From: Candidatus Omnitrophota bacterium
Lineage (GTDB): Bacteria > Omnitrophota > Gorgyraeia > Zapsychrales > JANLHA01
NCBI GenBank assembly: GCA_029560465.1
Contig: JAKQKX010000016.1
Location: forward strand, 71,178 to 135,177
Direction: 5' to 3'
Length of the DNA stretch: 64,000 nucleotides
Each line of letters begins with the position of its first letter. Positions within the stretch are counted from its first letter, which is position 1. Below the pieces are notes generated by a model. That model saw only the letters and a list, made by a program, of their open reading frames with translations, was not told where the DNA came from and made no database searches. Made by a program: the position numbers and the translations under genes. Positions 36,619-46,595 of the stretch are shown piece after piece.

Positions 36619-38370
36619 GTGAGCGGACCAAGGACCGGACAGGTCATAGGAGTGAACGGGAATATGGTCGCGGTGGTTTTCAGCGACCGCGTGATGCAGA
36701 ATGAAGTGGCCTATGTGATCGTGGGATCAGAACGGCTTAAGGCCGAGGTCATTCGGGTCAAGGGCAAGCGCGCGGACCTGCAGGTGTTTGAAGACACCCA
36801 GGATATCCGCGTTCATGATACGGTTGAGTTTACCGGTGAGCTCTTGAGCGTGGAATTGGGGCCGGGGCTTCTGACCCAGGTTTTTGACGGGCTGCAGAAC
36901 CCGTTGCCGGAGTTGGCGAAGCAATTCGGATTCTTCCTTCAACGCGGCGCTTACCTGACCGCGCTGGACGCCGAACAGCGCTGGGAATTCACGCCTGCTG
37001 TTAAAGTCGGCGATAAAGTGCTGGCCGGGGAGAAGCTTGGGACTGTTCCGGAAAAAATTTTTCAGCACTGGATTATGGCGCCGTTTAACCTGCCCGGAGA
37101 GCTGGACGTGGCCGGGATCGTCCCCAAGGGGTCTTACAAGATGAAAGACACGGTCGCCCGGCTTAAAGACAGCCAGGGCAAGGAGCATTCCGTCACGATG
37201 AGACAGCTCTGGCCGGTGAAAGTGCCGATCACCGCCTACGTTAAAAAGATTAAGCCCACCCAGCCGCTGGTAACGCAGATCCGTATCATTGACACGCTGG
37301 TGCCAGTCGCGGTCGGCGGCACGTTTTGCACGCCGGGGCCGTTTGGCGCGGGCAAGACCGTGTTGCAGCATTTGATCAGCCGGCACGCGGACGTGGATAT
37401 CGTCGTGGTGGCCGCATGCGGGGAGCGGGCCGGGGAAGTCGTGGAGCTTCTTAAAGAGTTTCCTGAGCTGAAAGACCCTAAGACCGGCCAGACTCTGATG
37501 GACCGGACCGTGATTATTTGCAACACCAGCTCCATGCCTGTGGCCGCCCGGGAGTCCAGCGTGTACACCGCCGTGACCCTGGCGGAATATTACCGGCAGA
37601 TGGGGTTGAATGTTCTTCTGTTGGCCGACTCGACGTCACGATGGGCCCAGGCCATGCGGGAAATGTCCGGCCGCCTGGAGGAAATCCCCGGTGAAGAAGC
37701 GTTCCCGGCGTACCTCGAGACCCGGATCGCGTCTTTTTATGAGCGGGCCGGCCTGGTGCAGCTGCACAATGGCGGGCGGGGCTCGGTCACGATCGGCGGG
37801 GCCGTGTCCCCGGCGGGAGGGAATTTTGAAGAGCCGGTCACCCAGGCGACCTTGAAGGTGGTGGGCGCGTTTCACGGGCTGTCCCGGGACAGGGCGAATG
37901 CCCGGCGTTATCCGGCCATCGACCCTTTGGACAGCTGGAGCAAATATCAAAGTTTTATCGACGGGTCTAAAGTCCGGAAAGGCGTCGCGATCCTGCGCAA
38001 GGCGAACAATGTTTCGCAGATGATGAAAGTCATCGGCGAGGAAGGGACCACCATCGAGGAATTCGTGGATTACCTGAAAGGTGAGTTTTTTGACGCGGTC
38101 TACCTTCAGCAGAACGCGTTCGATCCCCAGGATGAGGCGACCTCGGCCGACCGGCAGGCGTATGTGTTTGACATCATGGAAGCGATCCTGGACCAGCGGT
38201 TTGAATTTCCGGATAAAACCGAAGCCCGGCGCTTTTTTCAGGATTTAAGGCAAAAATTTCTCAACTGGAATTCAACGGCGTTTCAAGGTGATGAGTTTAA
38301 GAACATTGAAGCCGGAATTAAACGCCAACTGTCCGGGGACGAGCGTCTTCAGGCAACAGAAAAGAAGTGA
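36619..38370 (+). CDS. atpA: V-type ATP synthase catalytic subunit A
   Basis: Walker A 'GPFGAGKT'; 583 aa; GTG start. Confidence 0.95.
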   Translation: MSGPRTGQVIGVNGNMVAVVFSDRVMQNEVAYVIVGSERLKAEVIRVKGKRADLQVFEDTQDIRVHDTVEFTGELLSVELGPGLLTQVFDGLQNPLPELAKQFGFFLQRGAYLTALDAEQRWEFTPAVKVGDKVLAGEKLGTVPEKIFQHWIMAPFNLPGELDVAGIVPKGSYKMKDTVARLKDSQGKEHSVTMRQLWPVKVPITAYVKKIKPTQPLVTQIRIIDTLVPVAVGGTFCTPGPFGAGKTVLQHLISRHADVDIVVVAACGERAGEVVELLKEFPELKDPKTGQTLMDRTVIICNTSSMPVAARESSVYTAVTLAEYYRQMGLNVLLLADSTSRWAQAMREMSGRLEEIPGEEAFPAYLETRIASFYERAGLVQLHNGGRGSVTIGGAVSPAGGNFEEPVTQATLKVVGAFHGLSRDRANARRYPAIDPLDSWSKYQSFIDGSKVRKGVAILRKANNVSQMMKVIGEEGTTIEEFVDYLKGEFFDAVYLQQNAFDPQDEATSADRQAYVFDIMEAILDQRFEFPDKTEARRFFQDLRQKFLNWNSTAFQGDEFKNIEAGIKRQLSGDERLQATEKK

Positions 38371-38381
38371 GGTCAGGTGCG

Positions 38382-39695
38382 ATGCAAAAGGTTTACAGTC
38401 AGATCCTGCAGATCGCAGGCGATGTTATAACCGTGGAAGCGGAAGGCGTGGCCTACCGGGAGCTCGCGGAAATCCAGTCGCGCAGGGGCATGTCGATGGC
38501 CCAGGTGATTCGTCTGGATGGGAACAGGGTGTCTCTTCAGGTTTTGGCCGGCAGCCGCGGTCTTTCCACGGACGATAAAGTGCGGTTTTTGAAGCACCCT
38601 ATGCGGGTGTCTTTCTCGGATAACCTTCTCGGCCGCATTTTTAACGGCAGCGGCGTGCCGCGTGACGGCGGGCCCTCCCTGGATGAGAACATGATCAATA
38701 TCGGCGGGCCTTCGGTCAACCCGTCCAAGCGTGTTGTGCCGCGCAACATGATCCGCACCGGGATCCCGATGATCGACATTTTTAACAGCCTGGTGGAATC
38801 GCAGAAACTGCTGATCTTTTCCGTGGCAGGGGAGCCGTATAACCCGCTTTTGGCGCGGATCGCCCTGCAGGCGGAAGTTGACCTGATCGTGCTCGGCGGC
38901 ATGGGCCTGAAATACGACGATTTTCTTTTTTTTAAAGACACCCTGGAACAGCACGGGTCCCTGTCCCATTCGGTGATGTTTATTCACACGGCCGCTGACC
39001 CGACGGTCGAATGCCTGCTTGTGCCGGACATGAGCCTGGCGGTGGCCGAACAGTTCGCTTTGGCTGGGAAACGGGTCCTGGTCCTTTTGACCGATATGAC
39101 CAACTTTGCCGACGCGTTGAAAGAAGTTTCCATCACCATGGAACAGATTCCGTCCAACCGCGGGTATCCTGGCGATTTATACAGCCAATTGGCCGCCCGT
39201 TATGAAAAGGCCGTGGATTTTGATACCGCTGGATCCATCACTGTCTTGTCGGTGACGACCATGCCCGGTGATGACGTGACCCACCCGGTGCCGGATAATA
39301 CCGGGTATATCACCGAGGGGCAGTTTTACCTGAAAAACGGGCGCATTGAGCCGTTCGGAAGTTTGAGCCGATTGAAACAGCAGGTGAACGGCCGCACCCG
39401 CGGCGACCACCGCACGATTATGGACCGGATGATCCAGCTGTTCGCTGATTATCGTTCAACGCTGGAGAAAAAGTCGATGGGCTTTGAAATGAGCCCCTGG
39501 GACGACAAGCTTTTAAAATACGGGCAGCGGTTTGAACGGGAATTGATGGACTTAAGCGTGAACATTCCTCTCGAGGCGGCGCTGGATTTGGGGTGGCGCA
39601 TCCTGGCGGATATTTTTGAGCCGGCGGAAACCGGCATTAAGGAATCATTATTGAAGCAGTTCTGGCCGAAACCCGCCGCAGTGCCCGCGTCCTAG
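38382..39695 (+). CDS. atpB: V-type ATP synthase subunit B
   Basis: Degenerate P-loop region; regulatory B-subunit blocks ('[14 protein letters not shown]'); ATG at 38382 preferred over the track start 38367. Confidence 0.9.
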   Translation: MQKVYSQILQIAGDVITVEAEGVAYRELAEIQSRRGMSMAQVIRLDGNRVSLQVLAGSRGLSTDDKVRFLKHPMRVSFSDNLLGRIFNGSGVPRDGGPSLDENMINIGGPSVNPSKRVVPRNMIRTGIPMIDIFNSLVESQKLLIFSVAGEPYNPLLARIALQAEVDLIVLGGMGLKYDDFLFFKDTLEQHGSLSHSVMFIHTAADPTVECLLVPDMSLAVAEQFALAGKRVLVLLTDMTNFADALKEVSITMEQIPSNRGYPGDLYSQLAARYEKAVDFDTAGSITVLSVTTMPGDDVTHPVPDNTGYITEGQFYLKNGRIEPFGSLSRLKQQVNGRTRGDHRTIMDRMIQLFADYRSTLEKKSMGFEMSPWDDKLLKYGQRFERELMDLSVNIPLEAALDLGWRILADIFEPAETGIKESLLKQFWPKPAAVPAS

Positions 39696-39743
39696 TGGGC
39701 CTGGCGTAAATGTGACGGAGGCGGTGTTTAAAGAAAGTGGTAT

Positions 39744-40382
39744 ATGGGAAAGATCAAGCTCACAAAAGGCGAGCTGAAACGCCAGCGCGACGGGTTAAAG
39801 CAGTTTCAGCATTATCTGCCGACCCTGCAGCTCAAGAAACAGCAGCTTCAGATGAAAATTCTGGAAGCCAGCCGGGCGCTTGAGGCGAAGGACGCATCGT
39901 TGGCCGAGCAACGGCGGGCGATGAGCCGCTGGGTGGGGCTTTTGGCCGACCCGATGATGCTGGAGAGCATGGATTTTAAAGAATGGCTTATCCCTTCTCC
40001 GGAAGATGTGAGCATCGAAACGTTGAACATCGCCGGGGCGGACATGCCGGTTTTAAAGGACGTCCGTTTTAAGGATGTGGATTATGATTTGTACCTGACG
40101 CCGTTTTGGGTGGATCAGGGGCTGGCGGTCATGCGGCGGTTTGTCCGGGATGACATAGAGGCCGGGATCATCAGGGAACAGATCAGGATCCTGCAGAAGG
40201 AGCTGCGCGTGACGACCCAGCGGGTGAATTTGTTTGAAAAAGTGAAGATCCCGGAATGCCTGGAGAATATCCGGGTGATCCGTATTTACCTCGGCGACCA
40301 GCAGGCGAACGCCGTGGGGATCAGCAAAGTGGCCAAGAAGAAAATCGAGGTCATGGCCCAGCTTGAGGCCGTGACGGCATAA
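39744..40382 (+). CDS. atpD: V-type ATP synthase subunit D
   Basis: 'TKGELKRQRDGLKQFQHYLPTLQLKKQQLQ' N-terminal coiled coil typical of the D (central stalk) subunit. Confidence 0.85.
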   Translation: MGKIKLTKGELKRQRDGLKQFQHYLPTLQLKKQQLQMKILEASRALEAKDASLAEQRRAMSRWVGLLADPMMLESMDFKEWLIPSPEDVSIETLNIAGADMPVLKDVRFKDVDYDLYLTPFWVDQGLAVMRRFVRDDIEAGIIREQIRILQKELRVTTQRVNLFEKVKIPECLENIRVIRIYLGDQQANAVGISKVAKKKIEVMAQLEAVTA

Positions 40383-40400
40383 GGATTTCAAGGAAACGTT

Positions 40401-42131
40401 ATGATCGTGCCGATGAAAAAAGTTTTTCTCTTTGTTCAGGATAAAGACCTGGAGGCGGCCCTGCTCCGGTTAAGGGACATGGGCGTGCTGCACGTTGAGC
40501 ATTTGCGGACGCCGGTGGGCGAGGGCTTGAACCAACTCAAAGACGACATTAAGCTCCTGGAACAGGTCGTCGGGTACTTGACGCACGAGCATAAAAACCC
40601 GGACCAGGTGGACGCCGTAGACTGGGAAGAGACCGCGGATGTTGTTTTGGGGCTGGCGGCCTTAAGAGACGGTGACCGGGAGGGGATCGCTAAACGCCAG
40701 GTGCAGATCGAAGAGTGGGAGCCGTGGGGTGATTTCAGCCTGGAGGATATCGCACACATCCGCGCCCAAGGCCTGAAAGTGGAACTGGTGGAAGTCCCGG
40801 AAAAAGATGTTGGGAACGCGCCCGAAGGCGTTATCCTGGAGCCGGTTTTCACGAAACGCGGGGTTGCCCGGTGCCTGGCGCTGTCATATAAAGACGGCGA
40901 TATTCCTTATAAAACATTACCGTTTCCGTACCAACGGTTGAGCCGTCTTAAAGAAGAACAACTTTGGCTGCGCAAGCGGGTCAAAGAGTCGCATCAGCAG
41001 CTTTTGGATGACAGCAAATACCTGGATTATTTCCGGAGGACTCTCGCCCAGAAACGGGAACAGCTCGTTTTTGAAAATGTTATAGAGGGCCGTGAGATCA
41101 CCGGGCGCATCAATTATATTAAGGGGTTCTGTCCTGTCGACGCGGCCGGCCCGCTGGAAGCCGCAGCGCGGGAAGAACACTGGGGCCTGCTGCTGGAAGA
41201 CCCGTCGGAAAGTGATCAGGTGCCGACCCAGCTGCGCTATCCTTCCTGGGTGGCCATGATCAAACCTCTTTTTGCCATGACCCAGATTGTGCCGGGGTAC
41301 CGGGAAGTGGATATCAGCCCGTTTTTCCTGGTTTTCTTTAGCGTGTTCGTTGGGATATTGATCGGGGACGCGGGGTATGGCGCGGTGACCCTGTTGGGCC
41401 TTATCATTTTTTATTTTAGAATGAAGAAAGCGAACCGGCTGACCCCGGGAATAAAGACTTCGGTCCAACTTGGGTATCTGTTGAGCGGGTGCGTGATTCT
41501 ATGGGGCGTCTTAAGCGGCACCTATTTCGGCCAGGGCTGGCTGGACGGCACGGTCAAACCGCTGGTGCCCTGGGTCAACAATGAGCGTAATTTCCAGCTG
41601 CTTTGCTTTTTGATCGGCGCTGTTCATTTAACCATCGCGCACGCTTGGCGGCTGCTGCAGCGGCTGCCGTCTTTAACCGCGGTGGTGGAAGCCGGGTGGA
41701 TTCTGATCGTCTGGGCCATGTTTTTCATCGCGCGCATGTTGATCCTGGCGTATCCGCTACCGGCCGTAGCCAAATTTTTATTAGGAACAGGAATCTTTCT
41801 GGTTCTTTTCTTTACCAAACCCCAGCGGAATTTGATTAAAGCCGGGCTGGCCGGCCTGGGAAATTTGGCTTTAAACATCGTGAATTCCTTCACGGACGTT
41901 GTGTCGTATATCCGGCTTTACGCGGTGGGGCTGGCTTCCGTGGCCGTCGCTGACGCGGCCAACGCCATGCCTTTTATAGGCATGGTTTTGCTTCATGTGA
42001 TCAATTTTAACCTGGCGCTTCTGGCGTTGATGGTACACGGCGTGCGGTTGAACACCCTGGAATTTTCCGGCCACCTGGGCCTGGAGTGGGCGGGTTTTGC
42101 GTATGAACCGTTTCAGAAAACGAAGTCATAA
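40401..42131 (+). CDS. atpI: V-type ATP synthase subunit I (a-subunit)
   Basis: 576 aa; soluble N-terminal half then ~8 TM helices with a conserved Arg-containing helix ('HGVRLNTLEF'). Confidence 0.8.
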   Translation: MIVPMKKVFLFVQDKDLEAALLRLRDMGVLHVEHLRTPVGEGLNQLKDDIKLLEQVVGYLTHEHKNPDQVDAVDWEETADVVLGLAALRDGDREGIAKRQVQIEEWEPWGDFSLEDIAHIRAQGLKVELVEVPEKDVGNAPEGVILEPVFTKRGVARCLALSYKDGDIPYKTLPFPYQRLSRLKEEQLWLRKRVKESHQQLLDDSKYLDYFRRTLAQKREQLVFENVIEGREITGRINYIKGFCPVDAAGPLEAAAREEHWGLLLEDPSESDQVPTQLRYPSWVAMIKPLFAMTQIVPGYREVDISPFFLVFFSVFVGILIGDAGYGAVTLLGLIIFYFRMKKANRLTPGIKTSVQLGYLLSGCVILWGVLSGTYFGQGWLDGTVKPLVPWVNNERNFQLLCFLIGAVHLTIAHAWRLLQRLPSLTAVVEAGWILIVWAMFFIARMLILAYPLPAVAKFLLGTGIFLVLFFTKPQRNLIKAGLAGLGNLALNIVNSFTDVVSYIRLYAVGLASVAVADAANAMPFIGMVLLHVINFNLALLALMVHGVRLNTLEFSGHLGLEWAGFAYEPFQKTKS

Positions 42132-42158
42132 AGGATTTTTATAAAAGAGGAGAGAGAG

Positions 42159-42605
42159 ATGGAACAGAACGTGTTAATGCAATTTCAGGATTTGGGGCTC
42201 GCTGCGGCCGTGTCGTTAGCCGCTATTGGATCGGCGCTTGGAAGCGGCTCGGCGGGGATGTCGGCGGTGGGTGCCTGGAAGAAGTGTTACGCGCAGAGCA
42301 AAGCGGCCCCGTTTTTGCTGGTCGCGTTTGTCGGCGCGCCACTCTCCCAGACCATTTACGGCATGATCCTGATGAATAAAATCGCCGGCGCAGTCCAGGG
42401 CGGAGCCTATTACTGGGGCGCCGGGATTTTCGGCGGGGCGGCCTTGGGTGTCTCGGCCTGGTTCCAGGGCAAGGCCGGTGCCGGAGCTGCTGACGCTTTG
42501 GCGGAGACCGGGAAGGGGTTCACGAATTATCTGATGGTGCTGGGGATTATTGAAACCGTGGCCCTGTTTGTCATGGTCTTTTTGCTGGGCAAGGTGGGGG
42601 CGTAA
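42159..42605 (+). CDS. atpK: V-type ATP synthase subunit K (proteolipid)
   Basis: 148 aa hairpin proteolipid, Gly-rich helices, conserved Glu in 'GIIETVALF'. Confidence 0.8.
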   Translation: MEQNVLMQFQDLGLAAAVSLAAIGSALGSGSAGMSAVGAWKKCYAQSKAAPFLLVAFVGAPLSQTIYGMILMNKIAGAVQGGAYYWGAGIFGGAALGVSAWFQGKAGAGAADALAETGKGFTNYLMVLGIIETVALFVMVFLLGKVGA

Positions 42606-42633
42606 AGGGGTTCTGCCGGGTGAAAAGCCTGTG

Positions 42634-42662
42634 TTGACAGTTGTTTGAAAGAATAGTATTAT
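42634..42662 (+). promoter_or_regulatory. sigma70-type promoter for the tRNA-Val/tRNA-Asp pair
   Basis: TTGACA (42634-42639), 17-nt spacer, TATTAT (42657-42662); tRNA starts 11 nt downstream. Confidence 0.5.
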
Positions 42663-42673
42663 AACACGATCTT

Positions 42674-42750
42674 GGGCGATTAGCTCAGCTGGTTAGAGCG
42701 TCCGGCTTACATCCGGGAGGTCGAGGGTTCAAGTCCTTCATCGCCCACCA
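42674..42750 (+). tRNA. tRNA-Val (anticodon TAC), CCA encoded
   Basis: Acceptor GGGCGAT/ATCGCCC, D-arm GCTC-AGCTGGTTA-GAGC, anticodon loop CTTACAT, T-arm GGTTCAAGTCC, 3' ACCA. Confidence 0.9.
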
Positions 42751-42811
42751 GAAATTTTTTCTTTACAAAAGCTTATTTGCATAATACACTTATACTTTCC
42801 CAAAAGATTTT

Positions 42812-42889
42812 GGGCCCGTGGTGTAGCTTGGTTAACATATCTGACTGTCGATCAGAAGATCGCGAGTTCAAATCTCGTCGGGCCCGCCA
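42812..42889 (+). tRNA. tRNA-Asp (anticodon GTC), CCA encoded
   Basis: Acceptor GGGCCCG/CGGGCCC, anticodon stem TCTGA/TCAGA with loop CTGTCGA, T-loop TTCAAAT, 3' GCCA. Confidence 0.9.
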
Positions 42890-42914
42890 TATAAGTTCCC
42901 GTTGTTGATGGGCG

Positions 42915-42966
42915 GGAGATAAAAAATCCCCTGAAGGTTGTATCCTTGAGGGGATTTTTTATCTCC
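42915..42966. terminator. strong palindromic hairpin (bidirectional terminator-like) after the tRNA pair
   Basis: GGAGATAAAAAATCCCCTGAAGG-TTGTAT-CCTTGAGGGGATTTTTTATCTCC; ~22-bp arms with one mismatch; A/T tracts on both sides. Confidence 0.6.
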
Positions 42967-43179
42967 ATAGGCCTCAAAGATTTCCAGAAGATATAATTTT
43001 ATGATTATGAGCGCCCTTGGGGCTGGGTTTTACATTTATTAAAGATATAAAACATCCGTGGTCAAAAAGCTGTGAAGGGGCTCTTTTTGTAGGCACCATC
43101 ATTAAGATTTTATTTGACAAAATGTTTCGTGCGCAGTAAACTTTGTTGAAAATCGTTTCCATTTGAAAGAATAAAAAAT

Positions 43180-43653
43180 ATGCCTAATCGAGATGGAATG
43201 GGACCACCCTGGTGGCAGGCGAAGTTCAGGGGTTGCGGTTATCGGATCACGATCGCCCGGGAAGTTATTTTAAATACTTTGGCGAAGACAGAAGATCATT
43301 TAAGCGCAGAAGACATTTATAATCATATCCATACCAAGCATCCGAATATCGGTTTGACGACAATTTACCGGACATTAGACGTGCTGACCAATTTAGGGCT
43401 TGTTTATCGGTTTGATTTCGGCGATAAAAGGGCTCGTTACGAGCTCGCGGAAGGGCCTAAGGGGGCGCATCACCATCATCATCTTGTATGCACGGGGTGT
43501 AACCGTGTCGTTGATTATACGGATTTTATTGATGCAGAGGTCCGATTGCTCCAGGAGATAGAGCAGGTGTTGTCTAAAAAATATGGTTTTAAAATTACAA
43601 ATCATCTAATTCAGTTTTATGGATTGTGCAGTCGTTGCCAGGCAGACGGGTAG
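43180..43653 (+). CDS. fur: Fur family transcriptional regulator
   Basis: Winged-helix N-terminus, 'HHHHHLVCTGCNRV' metal site plus C-terminal 'CSRC' pair. Confidence 0.8.
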   Translation: MPNRDGMGPPWWQAKFRGCGYRITIAREVILNTLAKTEDHLSAEDIYNHIHTKHPNIGLTTIYRTLDVLTNLGLVYRFDFGDKRARYELAEGPKGAHHHHHLVCTGCNRVVDYTDFIDAEVRLLQEIEQVLSKKYGFKITNHLIQFYGLCSRCQADG

Positions 43654-44137
43654 CCTATATTTTTTTAATTTTTAATGGAAATGATTCTTAATAAAGGAGG
43701 AGAATAAGCCGGGATTTGATGGGACGGATAGGCCCAAGGGAACAAGGATCGATGACAGGGTGACGGATACTGGCTATGCCGTTAACCGGCATTGGAGCCG
43801 GTCATTTCAAGGGCGTGGTCACGGGAACCCTGGCGGAGACAGAGGTGTCCGGGGGAACCTGCCAGTACGTTGCTGGTTTCTCGGATGACAGCGGGCTCAA
43901 GCAGGCTTTGGGACGCGGATATAGGTGCAAGGTGCAGTAAATATGGCGCCGCAAGAGGAATCTCAGCTGCCAAAAAACCAAGCTTAAGTTTTGACAGCAG
44001 CTTGCGGATACTCAAGAACGCATCGGCGCACTTGAAGACTCTAGCAAAAACAGCGGTCAATAATTTTCGATACGACGGCCCGAATTTTAAGCGCGCAATT
44101 CGGGTCTTCGTCTTATTTAAAACAGAAAGAGGATGGT

Positions 44138-44509
44138 ATGAGAATCGGGATTACACTTGAAGACGAAAAAGGTTTTGAAAGCTATGTGGCGCAGCATTTC
44201 GGCCAATGCCGCTATTTTTTTATTGTCGATATCAAAGACAGCAAGATTGTGGAAACCAAGGTGGTGCCGAACAACGCTCAACATGGGGGCGGGGGATGCC
44301 AGGCCGTCGATGAGATTTTACGTCATAAAGTCAACTGTGTCATTGCCGGAGGGATGGGGGGTGGTGCCCAACAAAAATTTATGAACGCGGGTGTTCAGGT
44401 TTTCGGATACTCGGGTAAAGTTCAGGATGCTGTCAGAGATTTTTTAAAAGGTCCTTTAGGCGGCTTGGATGTGTGCCACGAGCAAGGACATGATGGGGAA
44501 TGCCGTTAA
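44138..44509 (+). CDS. NifX/NifB-type dinitrogenase FeMo-cofactor-binding domain protein
   Basis: 'FGQCRYFFIVD...VNCVIAGGMGGGAQQKFMNAGVQVF' matches the PF02579-type domain. Confidence 0.7.
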   Translation: MRIGITLEDEKGFESYVAQHFGQCRYFFIVDIKDSKIVETKVVPNNAQHGGGGCQAVDEILRHKVNCVIAGGMGGGAQQKFMNAGVQVFGYSGKVQDAVRDFLKGPLGGLDVCHEQGHDGECR

Positions 44510-44562
44510 GTCATTAAGATGTTTTAAAAAGTAATAAAGATTCGACAGAAGGGCTGTTTCAT

Positions 44563-44923
44563 ATGATGATTTGTATCCCCATTGAGGGGCAGATAGTGGA
44601 TTTTAAAGTCGGTTCCCGTTTCGGCCGGTGCCGGTATTTTATAGGATACGCAAACCGGGAACGTTGACGTAGCCGGAAGTTCCTAGGCCCAGTTTTCCGG
44701 CGGGGCATGGATTCAGTCCGCGCAGGTTATGATTACTAAAGGAGTTAAATCCGTTGTGACCGGCAACGTAGGGCCGAATGCTTTTGGGGTATTGCCGGAC
44801 GGGATCGTTGTTTATTTGATAATGGCCGGAATGGTTCGTGAAGTTATCGAGAACTTCATGCCCGGGAAATTTGCCAAAACGGATTCGCCTGGGCCGGGGA
44901 AACAATTCAAAATGAATCCGTAA
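44563..44923 (+). pseudogene. disrupted paralogue of the NifX-like gene (N- and C-terminal fragments in different frames)
   Basis: 'MMICIPIEGQIVDFKVGSRFGRCRYF' (44563-44667) and 'GVKSVVTGNVGPNAFGVLPDGIVVY' (44729-44923) each align with halves of the intact upstream paralogue but are split by stops and frame changes. Confidence 0.5.
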
Positions 44924-44940
44924 GGAAGAGAGGGGAAAGC

Positions 44941-45354
44941 ATGGCACAGGCGCAAGCAACACAGGGACGGGAAAAGGCTTTCGGTTACGAGCTTCTTTTG
45001 GATTTTTATGATTGTAAGCAGGGCGTTTGCGATGATCTGGATCTATGTTATCGATTCCTCGATACTATCGTCGGGGAGTTGGGAATGGAAAAACAGGCGC
45101 CGCCAAGCATTTTTCGCAGTGACGCCAAGCGTTTCCCTGAGAAGGCTGGCCTCTCAGGCTGGGTCCCTTTGATTGAAAGTTCGGTTGTGATTCACACGTT
45201 GAGCCCAAAGAAATTTTTGACTATTGATGTCTATTCCTGCAAGGATTTTGATGAGGATAAGGCGTTAGAAGCCTGTAAAAAGTATTTTTTACCAGGGCGA
45301 GTTGAAGCTCAGTTCCTCCATAGGGGGCGAACATATTATGACATCCCAAATTGA
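44941..45354 (+). CDS. speH: S-adenosylmethionine decarboxylase proenzyme (small bacterial/archaeal type)
   Basis: 'FGYELLLDFYDC' and 'ESSVVIHTLSP' resemble the pyruvoyl-AdoMetDC self-cleavage region (ESH/S motif). Confidence 0.7.
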   Translation: MAQAQATQGREKAFGYELLLDFYDCKQGVCDDLDLCYRFLDTIVGELGMEKQAPPSIFRSDAKRFPEKAGLSGWVPLIESSVVIHTLSPKKFLTIDVYSCKDFDEDKALEACKKYFLPGRVEAQFLHRGRTYYDIPN

Positions 45355-45365
45355 GGGCTATATAA

Positions 45366-45992
45366 GTGGACAAGGCTGGCTTGGACCAAGAGGCATTAAG
45401 AAATCACAAAAGGTATGTTGAGCGCAAAGCGCTATATCAAAGTTTCGGTTATGACATCGATAAGGAACGGGGTTTTATTATTGAAGCAGCAAAACCCTTC
45501 AGCGGAAAAATCCTTGAAGCCGGAACAGGGAAGGGCTATTTTGCGCTTCTTTTAGCTCGAGCCGGTTGTTTGTTTACCACCTTTGACATTTCAAAAGAAG
45601 AACAGGATTATGCCCGCCTCAATCTACGTTATTTCAACCTCGAGCATTTGGCGGATTTTCGTGTTGAGAACGGAGAAGTTTTAAGTTTCTCGGACAAAAG
45701 TTTTGATACGATTTTCTCGGTTAATACCCTCCATCACCTCCGGGACCCCTATCAAGTGATCAATGAATTAGTGCGCGTTCTTGCGCTCGATGGCAAATTG
45801 ATCCTTAGCGATTTTACTGACAAGGGATTCGCCATAATGGAAAGAATTCATGCCAGGGAAGGCGGGAAGCATGATTCCGGGAAGATAAGGATAAAAGATG
45901 CCCAGGAATATTTGTTTAATCAAGGATTAGAAACATCAATAGCCCAAACCCAGTTTCAGGAAGTCCTGATCGCCCTAAGAAAGAGACCATGA
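45366..45992 (+). CDS. class I SAM-dependent methyltransferase
   Basis: Motif I 'ILEAGTGKGYFALLLA', motif II 'FDTIFSVNTLHH'. Confidence 0.7.
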   Translation: MDKAGLDQEALRNHKRYVERKALYQSFGYDIDKERGFIIEAAKPFSGKILEAGTGKGYFALLLARAGCLFTTFDISKEEQDYARLNLRYFNLEHLADFRVENGEVLSFSDKSFDTIFSVNTLHHLRDPYQVINELVRVLALDGKLILSDFTDKGFAIMERIHAREGGKHDSGKIRIKDAQEYLFNQGLETSIAQTQFQEVLIALRKRP

Positions 45993-46184
45993 CCCTTTCG
46001 ATTGCCAGCGGTAAAAGGCGGAACGGGCAAGACGAACATCCTGGGATCACTGGCGGTGTTTGTTAAGAATGCGGTAAGTCCCGGGAGGTTGGCAGATTGC
46101 GATTACCCCGGACTTCTTGTCGAATTTATTTAGAAGAATAAGGGAGTCAGTGCGCTCAACGCATATAGGGATTTTATTTATGCG

Positions 46185-46595
46185 GTGGCAGCGGAAAGGA
46201 GTTTGGGAACGCCGATGAATAAAGAACAGGCCAATATCCCCCGATTTTATTTATGCCTTATAGAGAACAGAAAATTTTTGGGCCGGTTGTTGGACTTTAC
46301 GAGTCATGCCCGGCTGCAAGGTCCTTGCGGAGACTCGATGGAATTCTACTTGGTCATAGACCAAAACAAGATTAAAGCCGTGAAGTGCTTTACCGACGGC
46401 TGTGAGCCGACGAAAGCCTGCGCAGTGCTCGCGGCCAGCTTGGTTTTTGGGAAATCGATTGAGGAGGCCTTAAAGATATCTGCCGGAGACCTTATTGAGA
46501 GGATGCCTGACCTGCCGGAGTCCCATCGCCATTGTTCGATTCTGGCTGTGAGTACTTTGTACCGTGCTATTGCGGAGTATCTCTTAATGCATTAA
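46185..46595 (+). CDS. NifU/IscU-like Fe-S scaffold domain protein
   Basis: 'GPCGDSMEFYL...CFTDGCEPTKACAVLA...HCSILA' pattern of three conserved cysteines; start more likely the ATG at 46206. Confidence 0.65.
   Translation: MAAERSLGTPMNKEQANIPRFYLCLIENRKFLGRLLDFTSHARLQGPCGDSMEFYLVIDQNKIKAVKCFTDGCEPTKACAVLAASLVFGKSIEEALKISAGDLIERMPDLPESHRHCSILAVSTLYRAIAEYLLMH

Noticed and set aside
36727-37950. Minus-strand and off-frame ORFs within atpA
   Set aside because: Same reasoning: the sense frame carries the Walker A motif and the full V-ATPase A-subunit architecture.
42967-43180. Looked for a canonical Fur box (GATAATGATAATCATTATC) upstream of fur
   Set aside because: Only weak partial matches ('gaaaatcgtttccatttgaaagaat'). 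Not convincing without a genome-derived motif.
43792-44160. 122-aa ORF upstream of the NifX-like gene
   Set aside because: No RBS, Arg/Ser-rich, and it overlaps the probable promoter region of the NifX-like gene. No supporting motifs.
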